Source: Myxococcota bacterium (GTDB taxonomy: Bacteria > Myxococcota_A > UBA9160 > UBA4427). Taken from it: a DNA stretch of 64,000 nt. This document shows positions 48,828-57,814 of this stretch, in pieces. Position 1 is the stretch's first letter; each line of letters starts with the position of its first letter. Made by a program: the position numbers and the translations under genes. The notes beneath the pieces are model-generated. The model worked only from the letters and a program-made list of their open reading frames with translations. It searched no databases and had not been told where the DNA came from. Location: NCBI GenBank assembly GCA_965250285.1, contig OZ252299.1, forward strand, positions 2,144,001-2,208,000. The letters are read 5' to 3'.

Positions 48828-49298
48828 TTGCCGAAGCGACGCGATCAGGTCCGGATGACGGACGACGAGCTCTGGAAGTTCATCGACAGCCAGAAGACCG
48901 TTCAGCTCGCCACGATCGGCCCCGACGGGGCACCGCACCTCGTGCCGCTCTGGTTCGCCGTCGAGGACGGCGCGATCATCCTCGAGACCTTCACGAAGAG
49001 CCAGAAGGTCAAGAACCTGGAACGCGACGCTCGCGCGACGCTCCTATTCGAAGACGGCGACGTCTACAACGAGCTGCGCGGCGCGTCGATGACCGGCAAG
49101 GTCGAGCTCGTGCGCGAGGTCGAACGCGTGCACGATCTCCACATGCAGGTGCTGCTTCGCAACACGCCCGAGATTCCGAAGGACGTGCTCGAAGAGGCGA
49201 CGAAGTCGATGGCCCACAAGAAGACGGCGATCCTGGTGCGACCGACCGAGTGCAAGGTCGCGAGCTGGGATCACTCGAAGCTCGGCGGCGTCTACTGA
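48828..49298 (+). CDS. Pyridoxamine 5'-phosphate oxidase-like (PPOX class, possibly F420-binding) protein
   Basis: LATIGPDGAPHLVPLWF, KSQKVKNL, ELRG, SWDHSKLG. Confidence 0.82.
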   Translation: MPKRRDQVRMTDDELWKFIDSQKTVQLATIGPDGAPHLVPLWFAVEDGAIILETFTKSQKVKNLERDARATLLFEDGDVYNELRGASMTGKVELVREVERVHDLHMQVLLRNTPEIPKDVLEEATKSMAHKKTAILVRPTECKVASWDHSKLGGVY

Positions 49299-49338
49299 CG
49301 AGCGAGGAGCCGACCCGATCTCCATGAGCTGGGGGGTG

Positions 49339-50316
49339 ATGGAGATTTCGACGCGACCCGTAAAGCGGCGGCCCGCACTGGCCGCCCTCGGGCTCTGCTG
49401 CGCCCTGCTCTCGACGCCGCTCGCCGCGGCGGCCCAGGTGGCCTTCCTCGACCCGCCGCGGGGCCAACTCGAACGCACGAATGACATCGACTTCGCCGCC
49501 GATGGCGAGTTCGGCGGCGACATCGATGGCGGCGGCAGCTTCAACCTCCTCCGCATCGGCGGCAGCTTCACGACCGATGGGGCAATCAACCGCAACTTCG
49601 GGCTCGGGATCCACGTCGCCTACACCTACAACGGGTATCGCTTCGACGAAGCCTCGAATCCCTCCTGCGCGCCCGATGCGGCCTGCTTCCAGGTGCCGCC
49701 CTGGCGCAACATCCACACGACCGACATCGCCCCATCGGCGGGCATCATCTTCGGCCCCGGCTTCCAGCTCCTCGCGTGGGTCCCGATGCGCTTTTCGAAC
49801 GAGTCGGGACGATCGAAATCGCCGTTCACCGGGGGCATCGTCGGCGCGGTGCGGATCGTCCTCGATCAGGGACGGATCGCGACGACGCTCGGCGTCGGCT
49901 TCATGAGTGAGCTCGAGGCCAGCGGCCGAGTGTTCCCCGTGATCGGGGTCGACTGGAAGATCGGCGAGCGCTGGCACTTCGTGACCGAGGGCGGGCCCTA
50001 CGAGGGCGGCCTCGGCACGCTGATCTTCGGCCCCGCCCAAGACATCAAGCTGCGGGTCTCTTCGGGCTGGGAGCGCAAGCGCTTTCGGCTCTCCGATGCG
50101 GGGGCGCGATCCCCCAACGGCATCGGGCAGCAGGTCGACGCGCCGATTCTCGCTGGGATCGATCTACGCCTCTCGGACGCGTTCCATCTCGAAGCCCATG
50201 GCGGCATCTCGGTCGCCGGCCGCCTGTCGATCTTCGACTCGCTCGGCAACCGCCTGCTCGCCGAAGACTACAGCGTCGCCGGTCGCGCAGGAGGCTCGCT
50301 CCGCATCACCTTCTGA
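49339..50316 (+). CDS. Putative outer-membrane beta-barrel protein (DUF6268-like), paralogue of 14106-15182
   Basis: Signal peptide, FPVIGVDWKI, ERKRFRL, GIG, terminal Phe. Confidence 0.65.
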   Translation: MEISTRPVKRRPALAALGLCCALLSTPLAAAAQVAFLDPPRGQLERTNDIDFAADGEFGGDIDGGGSFNLLRIGGSFTTDGAINRNFGLGIHVAYTYNGYRFDEASNPSCAPDAACFQVPPWRNIHTTDIAPSAGIIFGPGFQLLAWVPMRFSNESGRSKSPFTGGIVGAVRIVLDQGRIATTLGVGFMSELEASGRVFPVIGVDWKIGERWHFVTEGGPYEGGLGTLIFGPAQDIKLRVSSGWERKRFRLSDAGARSPNGIGQQVDAPILAGIDLRLSDAFHLEAHGGISVAGRLSIFDSLGNRLLAEDYSVAGRAGGSLRITF

Positions 50317-50330
50317 GCGAGGGGTCGCGA

Positions 50331-51800
50331 CTAGAGCGGCACGCGCTGCGGGAAGTTGGGCATCACGACGCCGGCGAGCTCCTCGAGGCAGCGCACCACC
50401 TGACGGCTGTAGCCGAACTCGTTGTCGTACCAGACGTACACGACCACGTGTTTGCCGTTCACCAGCGTCGCCTGGCTGTCGACGACCCCCGCGAAGCGAT
50501 TGCCCACCAGATCGCTCGAGACGACCTCGGTCGAGTTGGTCCAGTCGATCTGGTTCTGCAGCGGCCCCTCGAGCGAGACCTGCAGCAGGTACGCATTCAG
50601 CTCTTCTTTGCTCACCTCGCGGCCGAGCTCGAGCTTGAGGATCGCGAGCGACACATTGGGCGTCGGCACGCGGATCGCGTTGCCCGTCAGCTTGCCGGCC
50701 AGCTCGGGCAACGCCTTGGCGACGGCCTTCGCTGCGCCCGTCTCGGTCACGACCATGTTCAGCGCGGCCGCGCGGCCGCGGCGATCCTTCTTGTGATAGT
50801 TGTCGATCAGGTTCTGATCGTTCGTGTAGCTGTGCACCGACTCGAGGTGACCCGACTCGATGCCGTACTCGTCGTTCAGCGCCTTGAAGACCGGCACCAC
50901 CGCGTTCGTCGTGCAGCTCGCGGCCGTGAGCACCGGGCCCATGTCGCGGATCCCCTGGTGGTTCACCCCGTACACGATGTTCGGCAGGTCGCCCTTGCCG
51001 GGTGCGGTCAGGATCACCGTCGAGGCACCGGGGCTCTTGACGTGCAGCGAGAGCTCTTCGCGCGTGCGCCACACACCGGTGTTGTCGACCACGATGGCAT
51101 CCTCGATGCCGTACTTCGTGTAGTCGACCTCGTCGGGCGAGTTCGCGTAGAGCACGCGCACCATGTTGCCGTTGATGATCAGCGCGTTCTCTTCTTCGTC
51201 GATCGTGATCGCACCCGCGAACGTGCCGTGGACCGAGTCGCGGCGCAGCAGGCTGGCGCGCTTCGCGAGGTCGTTGGCGGCGCCCTTTCGAACGACGATG
51301 GCGCGCAGCCGCAGCGCCTCACCATCGCCGGTCTTGCCGGCGAGGATGCGCGCGAGCAATCGGCCGATGCGGCCGAAGCCGTAGAGCACGACATCCTGGG
51401 GACGATTGCGAATCGACGACTTGCCGGTGCAGATCTCGGCGAGCTCCTGCGCAACGAACTCGGCGACGTCGACGTCCGCTCCCGTGCTCTCCTGGCGCGC
51501 GACGAGGTGGGTGTAGAGGTTGCCGACATCGATGCGCGCGGGCGCGAGGTTGAGCTCGGCGAGCGCCCGAACGATCGGATGCGTCTCGTCGAGGGTCAGC
51601 GGCATGTCGATCAGCGCGCGCGCGACCCGGTGCGTCTCGACGATCTCGAGCGGCGACTTGTTGACCAGGCTGTGTCCGAAGATCGTGAGAATCACGCCGC
51701 GCTCGCGGTACAGGCGACCGACGATCGGAACCAGGTCTTCGGCGTTCTGATGGCGGCGCTGCCAGTCGGACAGGTAGGCGTCGGTCTTCGAGTCACTCAT
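50331..51800 (-). CDS. gap: Glyceraldehyde-3-phosphate dehydrogenase, long form with N-terminal extension
   Basis: LYGFGRIGR, AASCTTNA, HSYTNDQ, TGAAKAV, RVPTPNVS, WYDNEFGYS. Confidence 0.93.
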   Translation of the reverse strand: MSDSKTDAYLSDWQRRHQNAEDLVPIVGRLYRERGVILTIFGHSLVNKSPLEIVETHRVARALIDMPLTLDETHPIVRALAELNLAPARIDVGNLYTHLVARQESTGADVDVAEFVAQELAEICTGKSSIRNRPQDVVLYGFGRIGRLLARILAGKTGDGEALRLRAIVVRKGAANDLAKRASLLRRDSVHGTFAGAITIDEEENALIINGNMVRVLYANSPDEVDYTKYGIEDAIVVDNTGVWRTREELSLHVKSPGASTVILTAPGKGDLPNIVYGVNHQGIRDMGPVLTAASCTTNAVVPVFKALNDEYGIESGHLESVHSYTNDQNLIDNYHKKDRRGRAAALNMVVTETGAAKAVAKALPELAGKLTGNAIRVPTPNVSLAILKLELGREVSKEELNAYLLQVSLEGPLQNQIDWTNSTEVVSSDLVGNRFAGVVDSQATLVNGKHVVVYVWYDNEFGYSRQVVRCLEELAGVVMPNFPQRVPL

Positions 51801-52142
51801 CGTCGGGGGCATCCTCGTTCGGGCGGTGCGCGGTTGCGGCCGGGCTGCGCTCGGCCGTCGCGGGCGCTGGGCCGGCAACCCACGCGGGTAGGTGTCCGGC
51901 GGACGGCGGAGAGTGACGCCCTCCCCGCGCCTGGGCTTCGAATCGGCAGGACTCTCTGCCCAAGGAAGCGGTCTGACGGAGGTCGTGACTCGTGCGACGC
52001 GCGCACGGTACCGCATGGTCCCCGACGGGTCACAGCCTCATGCGCGCTGCCACGCTGGGTTGCGCGACACGTGCACCCGCAACCGATGCGCAGACGCACC
52101 GATGGGTCCAGCGCTCGACGCGCGGCCCTGAACGCGTCAAAC

Positions 52143-52156
52143 TAGAACACGTTTCA
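52143..52156. promoter_or_regulatory. KstR-type palindromic operator
   Basis: TAGAACACGTTTCA matches TnnAACnnGTTnnA exactly, 82 bp upstream of the FadE26-like start. Confidence 0.7.
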
Positions 52157-52238
52157 CTTGCCCCCCGCGCGCGGCCCGAGGCCGCACGAAGAAGGCCGGC
52201 GGACGCTCCGCCGAGAGCCCCACACGGACGAGGACGCG

Positions 52239-53417
52239 ATGTACATCGGCTACACGAAGGAACAACAGGCGCTGCGAGACGAGCTGCGGGCCTACTACGA
52301 CCAGCTGCTCACGCCCGAGATCCAGGCCGAGCTGCACAAGGGGCATGGCATCGGCCCCACGATGCGCGAGGTCGTCCGCCAGATGGGCAAGGACGGCTGG
52401 CTCGGCATCGGCTGGCCCGAGGAGTACGGTGGGCAGGGCCGGTCCCAGATCGAGCAGTTCATCTTCTTCGACGAGTCGATGCGCTGCGGTGCCCCGGTGC
52501 CGATGCTGACGATCAACACCGTCGGCCCGACGCTCTATGCGAACGCCTCGCAGGAGATCAAGGATTTCTTCCTGCCCAAGATCGTCGCGGGCGAGATCCA
52601 CTTTTGCATCGGCTACACCGAGCCGGGCGCCGGCACCGACCTCGCCTCGCTCACCACGCGGGCCGACCGCGACGGCGACGAGTACGTGATCAACGGTCAG
52701 AAGGTGTTCACGAGCCTCGCGAGCGACGCCGACTACATCTGGCTCGCCGCGCGCACCGACCAGGACGCGCCGAAGCACGGTGGCATCTCGATGTTCCTCG
52801 TCGACATGGACTCGCCCGGCATCAAGGCTGAGCCCATGGATCTGATCTCGAGCCACAACATCTGCACGACGTTCTTCGACGACGTGCGGGTGCCCGCCAG
52901 CCGGCTGGTCGGCGGCGAGAACAACGGCTGGAAGCTCATCACCGGTCAGCTCAATCACGAGCGCGTGACGATCTGCTCGCCGGGCATGCTCGAGCGCAGT
53001 TACGAAGGCGTCGTCGAGTGGGCGCGCAACTCGAAGCTCGCCGACGGCCGGCGCGTGATCGACCAGGAGTGGGTGCAGATGAATCTCGCGCGGGTCTCGG
53101 CCGGCCTCGAGTTCCTGCGCCTGATCAACTGGAAGGTCGCCTGGAGCGCCACCCACGACGAGCTCAAGGTGCAGGACGCCTCTACCACCAAGGTCTTCGG
53201 CACCGAGTTCTACGTCGAAGCGTTCCGCTTGCTGATGGAGATCGTCGGCGAACGCGCCGCCCTCGCGAAGGGCAGCACCGATGCGGTGCTCGATGGCTAC
53301 ATCGAGAACCTCTATCGCAGCCTGCTGATCCTCACCTTCGGCGGTGGCACCAATGAGATCCAGCGCGATCTCATCGGCCTCTTCGGTCTCGGCCTCCCTC
53401 GCGTCCCGCGCTTCTAG
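52239..53417 (+). CDS. Acyl-CoA dehydrogenase, FadE26/ChsE4-like (steroid side chain)
   Basis: GWPEEYGGQG, IGYTEPGAGTDLA, NGQKVFTS, QLNHER, TFGGGTNEIQR. Confidence 0.88.
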   Translation: MYIGYTKEQQALRDELRAYYDQLLTPEIQAELHKGHGIGPTMREVVRQMGKDGWLGIGWPEEYGGQGRSQIEQFIFFDESMRCGAPVPMLTINTVGPTLYANASQEIKDFFLPKIVAGEIHFCIGYTEPGAGTDLASLTTRADRDGDEYVINGQKVFTSLASDADYIWLAARTDQDAPKHGGISMFLVDMDSPGIKAEPMDLISSHNICTTFFDDVRVPASRLVGGENNGWKLITGQLNHERVTICSPGMLERSYEGVVEWARNSKLADGRRVIDQEWVQMNLARVSAGLEFLRLINWKVAWSATHDELKVQDASTTKVFGTEFYVEAFRLLMEIVGERAALAKGSTDAVLDGYIENLYRSLLILTFGGGTNEIQRDLIGLFGLGLPRVPRF

Positions 53418-53451
53418 CGCGCGAGACGCCCACGAATCGGAACACAGAGTC

Positions 53452-54573
53452 ATGGATTTCGCACTGACGGAAGAACAGGAAGCCTTCGGCGAGCTCGCTC
53501 GACAGATCCTCGTCGACGGCTGCACCAAGGAACGCCTCATCGAGATCGAGCGCGGGGACGGTCCGCGCTTCGACGCGAAGCTCTGGTCGGCGCTGGCCGA
53601 AGCCGGACTGCTCGGCATCGCGATCCCCGAAGCCCACGGCGGGGCCGGCCTCGGCTTCTTCGAGATTGCGCTGCTGGTCGAGCAGGTCGGCGCTCACGCC
53701 GCGCCCGTGCCCCTGCTCGAGACGCTCGCCATGGGCGCCGAGCCGCTCCGTGCGTTCGGCAGCGAGGCCCAGCAGAAGGCCCATCTACCGGGCGTCGCCA
53801 GCGGCGAGCGCGTGATCACGGCGGCGCTCGTCGAGGCCCTCAGCGAGATCGAGGCGCCGCAGACGAAGGCCACCGAAAAAGACGGCGGCTACACCCTCGA
53901 CGGCATCAAGACCTGCGTGCCCTGCGCCCAGATCGCCGACCTCGTGCTCGTGCCGGCGACGATCGGCGACGACGTGGCGATCTTCCTGGTCGATCCCAAG
54001 GCGCCCGGTGTCACCCTCGAGCCGGTCGACACGACGAGCGGCCAGCCCGAGGCGCGCATGAGCCTCGCGGCCGTCCAGGTCTCGAGCGACGACATGCTCG
54101 GCCACCCGGCCCAGGGCGCCGAGATCCTCGAGTGGATGCGGCTGCGATCGACCGCTGCCTACTGCTCACTGTCGCTGGGCGTCTGCAGCACCGCCCTGCG
54201 GCTGAACGCCGAGTACGCGAAGGAGCGCAAGCAGTTCGGCTCGCCCATCGCGACGTTCCAGGCCGTGGGCCAGCGCATGGCCGACGCCTACGTCGATGTC
54301 GAGGCGATCCGCCTGACGTCCTGGCAGGCCGCCTGGCGCATCAGCGAGGGGCTCGATGCCCGCGAGGCCGTGGCCAAGGCGAAGTACTGGGCCAGCTTCG
54401 GCGGACAGCGCGTCGTGCACACCGCGGTGCATCAGCATGGCGGCATGGGCGTCGACCGCGACTACCCGCTGCATCGCTTCTTCCTCTACGAGAAGCAGCT
54501 CGAGCTCGCCCTCGGCGGCACGTCGGCGCAGCTGCGTCGTCTGGGCAAGATGATCGCCAACGGCGAGGCCTGA
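53452..54573 (+). CDS. Acyl-CoA dehydrogenase partner subunit, FadE27/ChsE5-like
   Basis: MDFALTEEQ, YAKERKQFG.PI.TFQAV, HQHGGMGVDRDYPLHR; degenerate FAD-binding N-terminal motifs typical of heterotetramer beta subunits. Confidence 0.85.
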   Translation: MDFALTEEQEAFGELARQILVDGCTKERLIEIERGDGPRFDAKLWSALAEAGLLGIAIPEAHGGAGLGFFEIALLVEQVGAHAAPVPLLETLAMGAEPLRAFGSEAQQKAHLPGVASGERVITAALVEALSEIEAPQTKATEKDGGYTLDGIKTCVPCAQIADLVLVPATIGDDVAIFLVDPKAPGVTLEPVDTTSGQPEARMSLAAVQVSSDDMLGHPAQGAEILEWMRLRSTAAYCSLSLGVCSTALRLNAEYAKERKQFGSPIATFQAVGQRMADAYVDVEAIRLTSWQAAWRISEGLDAREAVAKAKYWASFGGQRVVHTAVHQHGGMGVDRDYPLHRFFLYEKQLELALGGTSAQLRRLGKMIANGEA

Positions 54574-54579
54574 CGAGGC

Positions 54580-54706
54580 GCGATCACCGCGGGGTGTGCG
54601 CGGGTCGGCCGCCGATTCACGCTTTGCGATCGCCGCGGGGTGTGCGCAGGTCGGCCGCCGAGTCACGCTTTGCGATCGCCGCGGGGTGTGCGCGGGTCGG
54701 CCGCCG
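54580..54706. repeat. 46-bp tandem repeat x2.8
   Basis: GCGATCRCCGCGGGGTGTGCGCRGGTCGGCCGCCG at 54580, 54626 and 54672. Confidence 0.93.
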
Positions 54707-54773
54707 GTTGCCGCGGTCCAGATCGGTGGTCCCAGACGACGAACCCCGCAGCGAAAGGCGATACCCTCCGGCC

Positions 54774-55952
54774 ATGTCGTCGCCGCTCCGATCCCGCGCC
54801 ACCCTCCCGACCCTCTTCAGCATCATCATCGTCGACCTGATCGCCTTCGGCGTACTGATGCCGGTGCTGCCGTTCTATGCCGATCTGTTCGGGGCGAACG
54901 GCGTCGTGCTCGGCGGGCTGCTTGCGACCCATGCGGCGATGCAGTTCATCTTCGCGCCGATCTGGGGCCGCGTCTCCGATCGCATCGGTCGGCGGCCCGT
55001 CATGCTCGGCACGGTCGCCGGCACGGCCATCGCAATGGTGGCGCTCGCGTACGCGCCCTCGCTGCCGTGGCTCTTCCTCGCCCGCGCGGCCTCGGGCGTC
55101 TTCGCCGCAAACATCTCCGTCGCCACGGCCTACCTCGCCGACGTCACCGCCCCCGATGAGCGCACCCGCTGGATGGGCATGGTCGGTGCGTCGTTCGGGA
55201 TCGGCTTCATCCTCGGCCCGGTCCTCGGTGCGATCCTCTCCCCGTACGGCCTCGAGGTACCGATCCTCGCAGCCGCCGGCTTCGCGGCCGCCAACTTCGT
55301 GTACGCCGCGTTCGTGCTGAAAGAGCCTGCGCAGCACACGCACGAAGACGTCGCAGGCAACCGACTCGACGTACTGCGCGATCGGTCGATCGGACGCCTC
55401 ACCGCCGTGAACCTGCTCTTCAGCCTCGCGGTGACACAGCTCGAAGCCATGTTCGCCTTCTACATGATGGACCGCTTCGGCTACGACGTGGTCCAGGTCG
55501 CCTGGATCCTCGTCACGATGGCGATCGTGATGGCGCTGATCCAGGGCGGCGGCATGCGACAGCTCGTCGCGCGGTTCGGCGAACGCTCGATGATGCTCAC
55601 CGGGCTCGCCCTGATGTGCGTGGGGATCGGGCTCGTCCCCTTCCAGCCCACCGTCGCGTTGCTCATGGCCCCCTTGCTCGTCTCGGCCGTCGGGCGGGCC
55701 GTCGCGCAGCCGCCGATGATGGGCTGGGCCTCGATGTTCGCGGCCACGGGCCAGCGGGGCATCGTGATGGGCACGTTCCAGAGCGCGGCGTCCCTCGCAA
55801 GGGTGTTCGGGCCAATGATCGCGGGGCTGCTCTTCGACCGCGCGCCGGGCGCGCCGTTCTTCCTCGCGAGCGCGCTGCTCGTCGCGAGCGTCGCCCTCGC
55901 GGGCACCATCGAGGCGCCCGAAGAAGCCCCCGAGCCGGAGCCCCAGACGTGA
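54774..55952 (+). CDS. MFS transporter (TetA/DHA1-like)
   Basis: PVLPFY, GRVSDRIGRRPV motif A, GFILGP; about 12 hydrophobic segments. Confidence 0.92.
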   Translation: MSSPLRSRATLPTLFSIIIVDLIAFGVLMPVLPFYADLFGANGVVLGGLLATHAAMQFIFAPIWGRVSDRIGRRPVMLGTVAGTAIAMVALAYAPSLPWLFLARAASGVFAANISVATAYLADVTAPDERTRWMGMVGASFGIGFILGPVLGAILSPYGLEVPILAAAGFAAANFVYAAFVLKEPAQHTHEDVAGNRLDVLRDRSIGRLTAVNLLFSLAVTQLEAMFAFYMMDRFGYDVVQVAWILVTMAIVMALIQGGGMRQLVARFGERSMMLTGLALMCVGIGLVPFQPTVALLMAPLLVSAVGRAVAQPPMMGWASMFAATGQRGIVMGTFQSAASLARVFGPMIAGLLFDRAPGAPFFLASALLVASVALAGTIEAPEEAPEPEPQT

Positions 55953-57814
55953 AGCCGCGCGCGCGCGTCGCCGTGGGCACGGCTCCGACCGTCGCCGCGG
56001 TGGCGCTCATGGGCGCGCTCGCTTACGGCATCGACCACGGCGCGGCGCTCGGCCTGGCCCAGGCGACCATCGAGACCCTGGGTCGGGTCTACTTCGGGCT
56101 GCTGCTCTTCGCGCCCCTGGTGCTCTACCCCGCCGCTCGACTGGCGCGGCTCTCACGCCTGTGGGGCCTCGCGCTCGCGATCACCCCGGCGCTGCTCTGG
56201 TGGGGCACCGAGGTCGGCGTTCGCCTGCGGCATCACGGTTTGGCCGAATCGCTGTGGCTCGCTGCGTCGCCCTTCAACACCTTCCATCTCGCCATCGTCG
56301 CCACCACCGTCGTCGTCGCCGACGTCGTGTATCGCTTTGCGGTCCGGCCCTGGCGCCCCACCGTCTGCCCGCCCTCGTGGAAGCGCATCGCGCTCGCCTG
56401 CGTCGGCATCCCGCTCGGCCTCGTGCTCTCGGTCATGTGGGTGCCCGGCTTCCTGTTCGGCTATCACGCGCTCTTCCAGCGCGGGCTCCTGCCGATGCCC
56501 GCGGAGCTCCCCGGCCCCATCGAGGCGGAGGAGATCTCGCTCCAGCTCGGCGACGCGCCTCGACCCAACGTCGTCTTCATCCTCTCGGACGACCACCGCG
56601 CCGACTTCACGACCCACGCGGGTCATGCCTTCGTCGAGACACCCGCGCTCGACCGGCTCGCCGAAGACGGCGTGCGCTTCGAGCGTGCCTACGTCACGAC
56701 GTCGCTCTGCTCGCCGTCGCGTGCCAGCTACCTGACCGGTATGACGCCGCACCGTCACGGGGTGTGGAACAACTTTACGCCGTGGTCGAACGACAACCGC
56801 ACCTTCTTCGAGTACCTGAAGCACGCGGGCTACGACACCGCATTCATCGGCAAGTGGCACATGCCGGGCGAGCTGCCCGAGCTGCGCGGCGTCGACCACT
56901 TCGTGACGTTCACGAACGTCGGCGGCCAGGGCGTGTACGAGTGGAACCCGCTGGTCGTCGACGGAGAAGAGGCGCCATCCCGCACGCGCTACATCGCGAC
57001 CGAGCTGACCGATCGCGCGCTCGCCTGGCTCGACGATCGACCGCGCGACCGCCCCTTCGCGCTCATGCTCTCGCACAAGAGCGTGCACGCCGACTTCTTG
57101 CCCGACGAGCCCGATCGAGGGCGCTACGCGAGTGCCGACGTGGCGCTCCCGACCGGCGCCCACGTCTGGAGCCACCTCGGCGACGCGCAGTACACGCACA
57201 TGTCGTTCCGGCCCCTTCCGGACATGCGGCGCACGTATGCCGAAGCGATCGTATCGATGGACCGCGAGATCGCGCGGGTGCTCGACTGGCTCGACGCGGC
57301 GGGCTTGACCGACGACACGCTCGTCATCTACGCCAGCGACAACGGCTATCAGTGGGGCGAGCACGGTCTGACCGACAAGCGCGCCGCCTACGAGGAGTCG
57401 ATTCGCGTGCCCTTCATCGCGCGCTGGCCCGGCGGCGACGCGCAGGGCGGTCAGCGCGTCGACGCCCTCGTGGCCAACGTCGACCTCGCACCGACGCTGC
57501 TCGACCTGGCCGGGATCGCGCCCTCGCCCGACATGCAGGGGCGCAGTCTGCGCTCGCTGTTGACCCGACGCGACGCGGCCCCGGTACGGGACGCCCTGCT
57601 CTACACCTACTTCTTCGAGCCGCCGTACCCGACCCCGACGGTGCAGGCGCTCGTCACGCCGACCCACAAGCTCATCCGGCCGTCGGGCCGCCCCCCCGAG
57701 CTCTACGCGCTCGAAGCCGACCCACGTGAGCAGCGAAACCTCTTCGACCAGGCGCCCGCCGCGCTGCAGCGTCAGCTCGTCACGCGCCTCGAAGCGCTCA
57801 CCGTTCCCCGCTGA
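55949..57814 (+). CDS. Sulfatase with N-terminal multi-pass membrane domain
   Basis: PNVVFILSDD, CSPSRAS, GKWHM, SDNG; about five N-terminal hydrophobic helices; GTGA overlap with the MFS stop. Confidence 0.88.
   Translation: MKPRARVAVGTAPTVAAVALMGALAYGIDHGAALGLAQATIETLGRVYFGLLLFAPLVLYPAARLARLSRLWGLALAITPALLWWGTEVGVRLRHHGLAESLWLAASPFNTFHLAIVATTVVVADVVYRFAVRPWRPTVCPPSWKRIALACVGIPLGLVLSVMWVPGFLFGYHALFQRGLLPMPAELPGPIEAEEISLQLGDAPRPNVVFILSDDHRADFTTHAGHAFVETPALDRLAEDGVRFERAYVTTSLCSPSRASYLTGMTPHRHGVWNNFTPWSNDNRTFFEYLKHAGYDTAFIGKWHMPGELPELRGVDHFVTFTNVGGQGVYEWNPLVVDGEEAPSRTRYIATELTDRALAWLDDRPRDRPFALMLSHKSVHADFLPDEPDRGRYASADVALPTGAHVWSHLGDAQYTHMSFRPLPDMRRTYAEAIVSMDREIARVLDWLDAAGLTDDTLVIYASDNGYQWGEHGLTDKRAAYEESIRVPFIARWPGGDAQGGQRVDALVANVDLAPTLLDLAGIAPSPDMQGRSLRSLLTRRDAAPVRDALLYTYFFEPPYPTPTVQALVTPTHKLIRPSGRPPELYALEADPREQRNLFDQAPAALQRQLVTRLEALTVPR

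Noticed and set aside
50331..51800. N-terminal extension of GAPDH as a novelty
   Set aside because: Long-form GAPDH with this extension is a known subfamily
54580..54706. CRISPR array (also considered for 17581-17702 and 32357-32482)
   Set aside because: Units are contiguous with no unique 25-45-bp spacers, and there are no cas genes in the window
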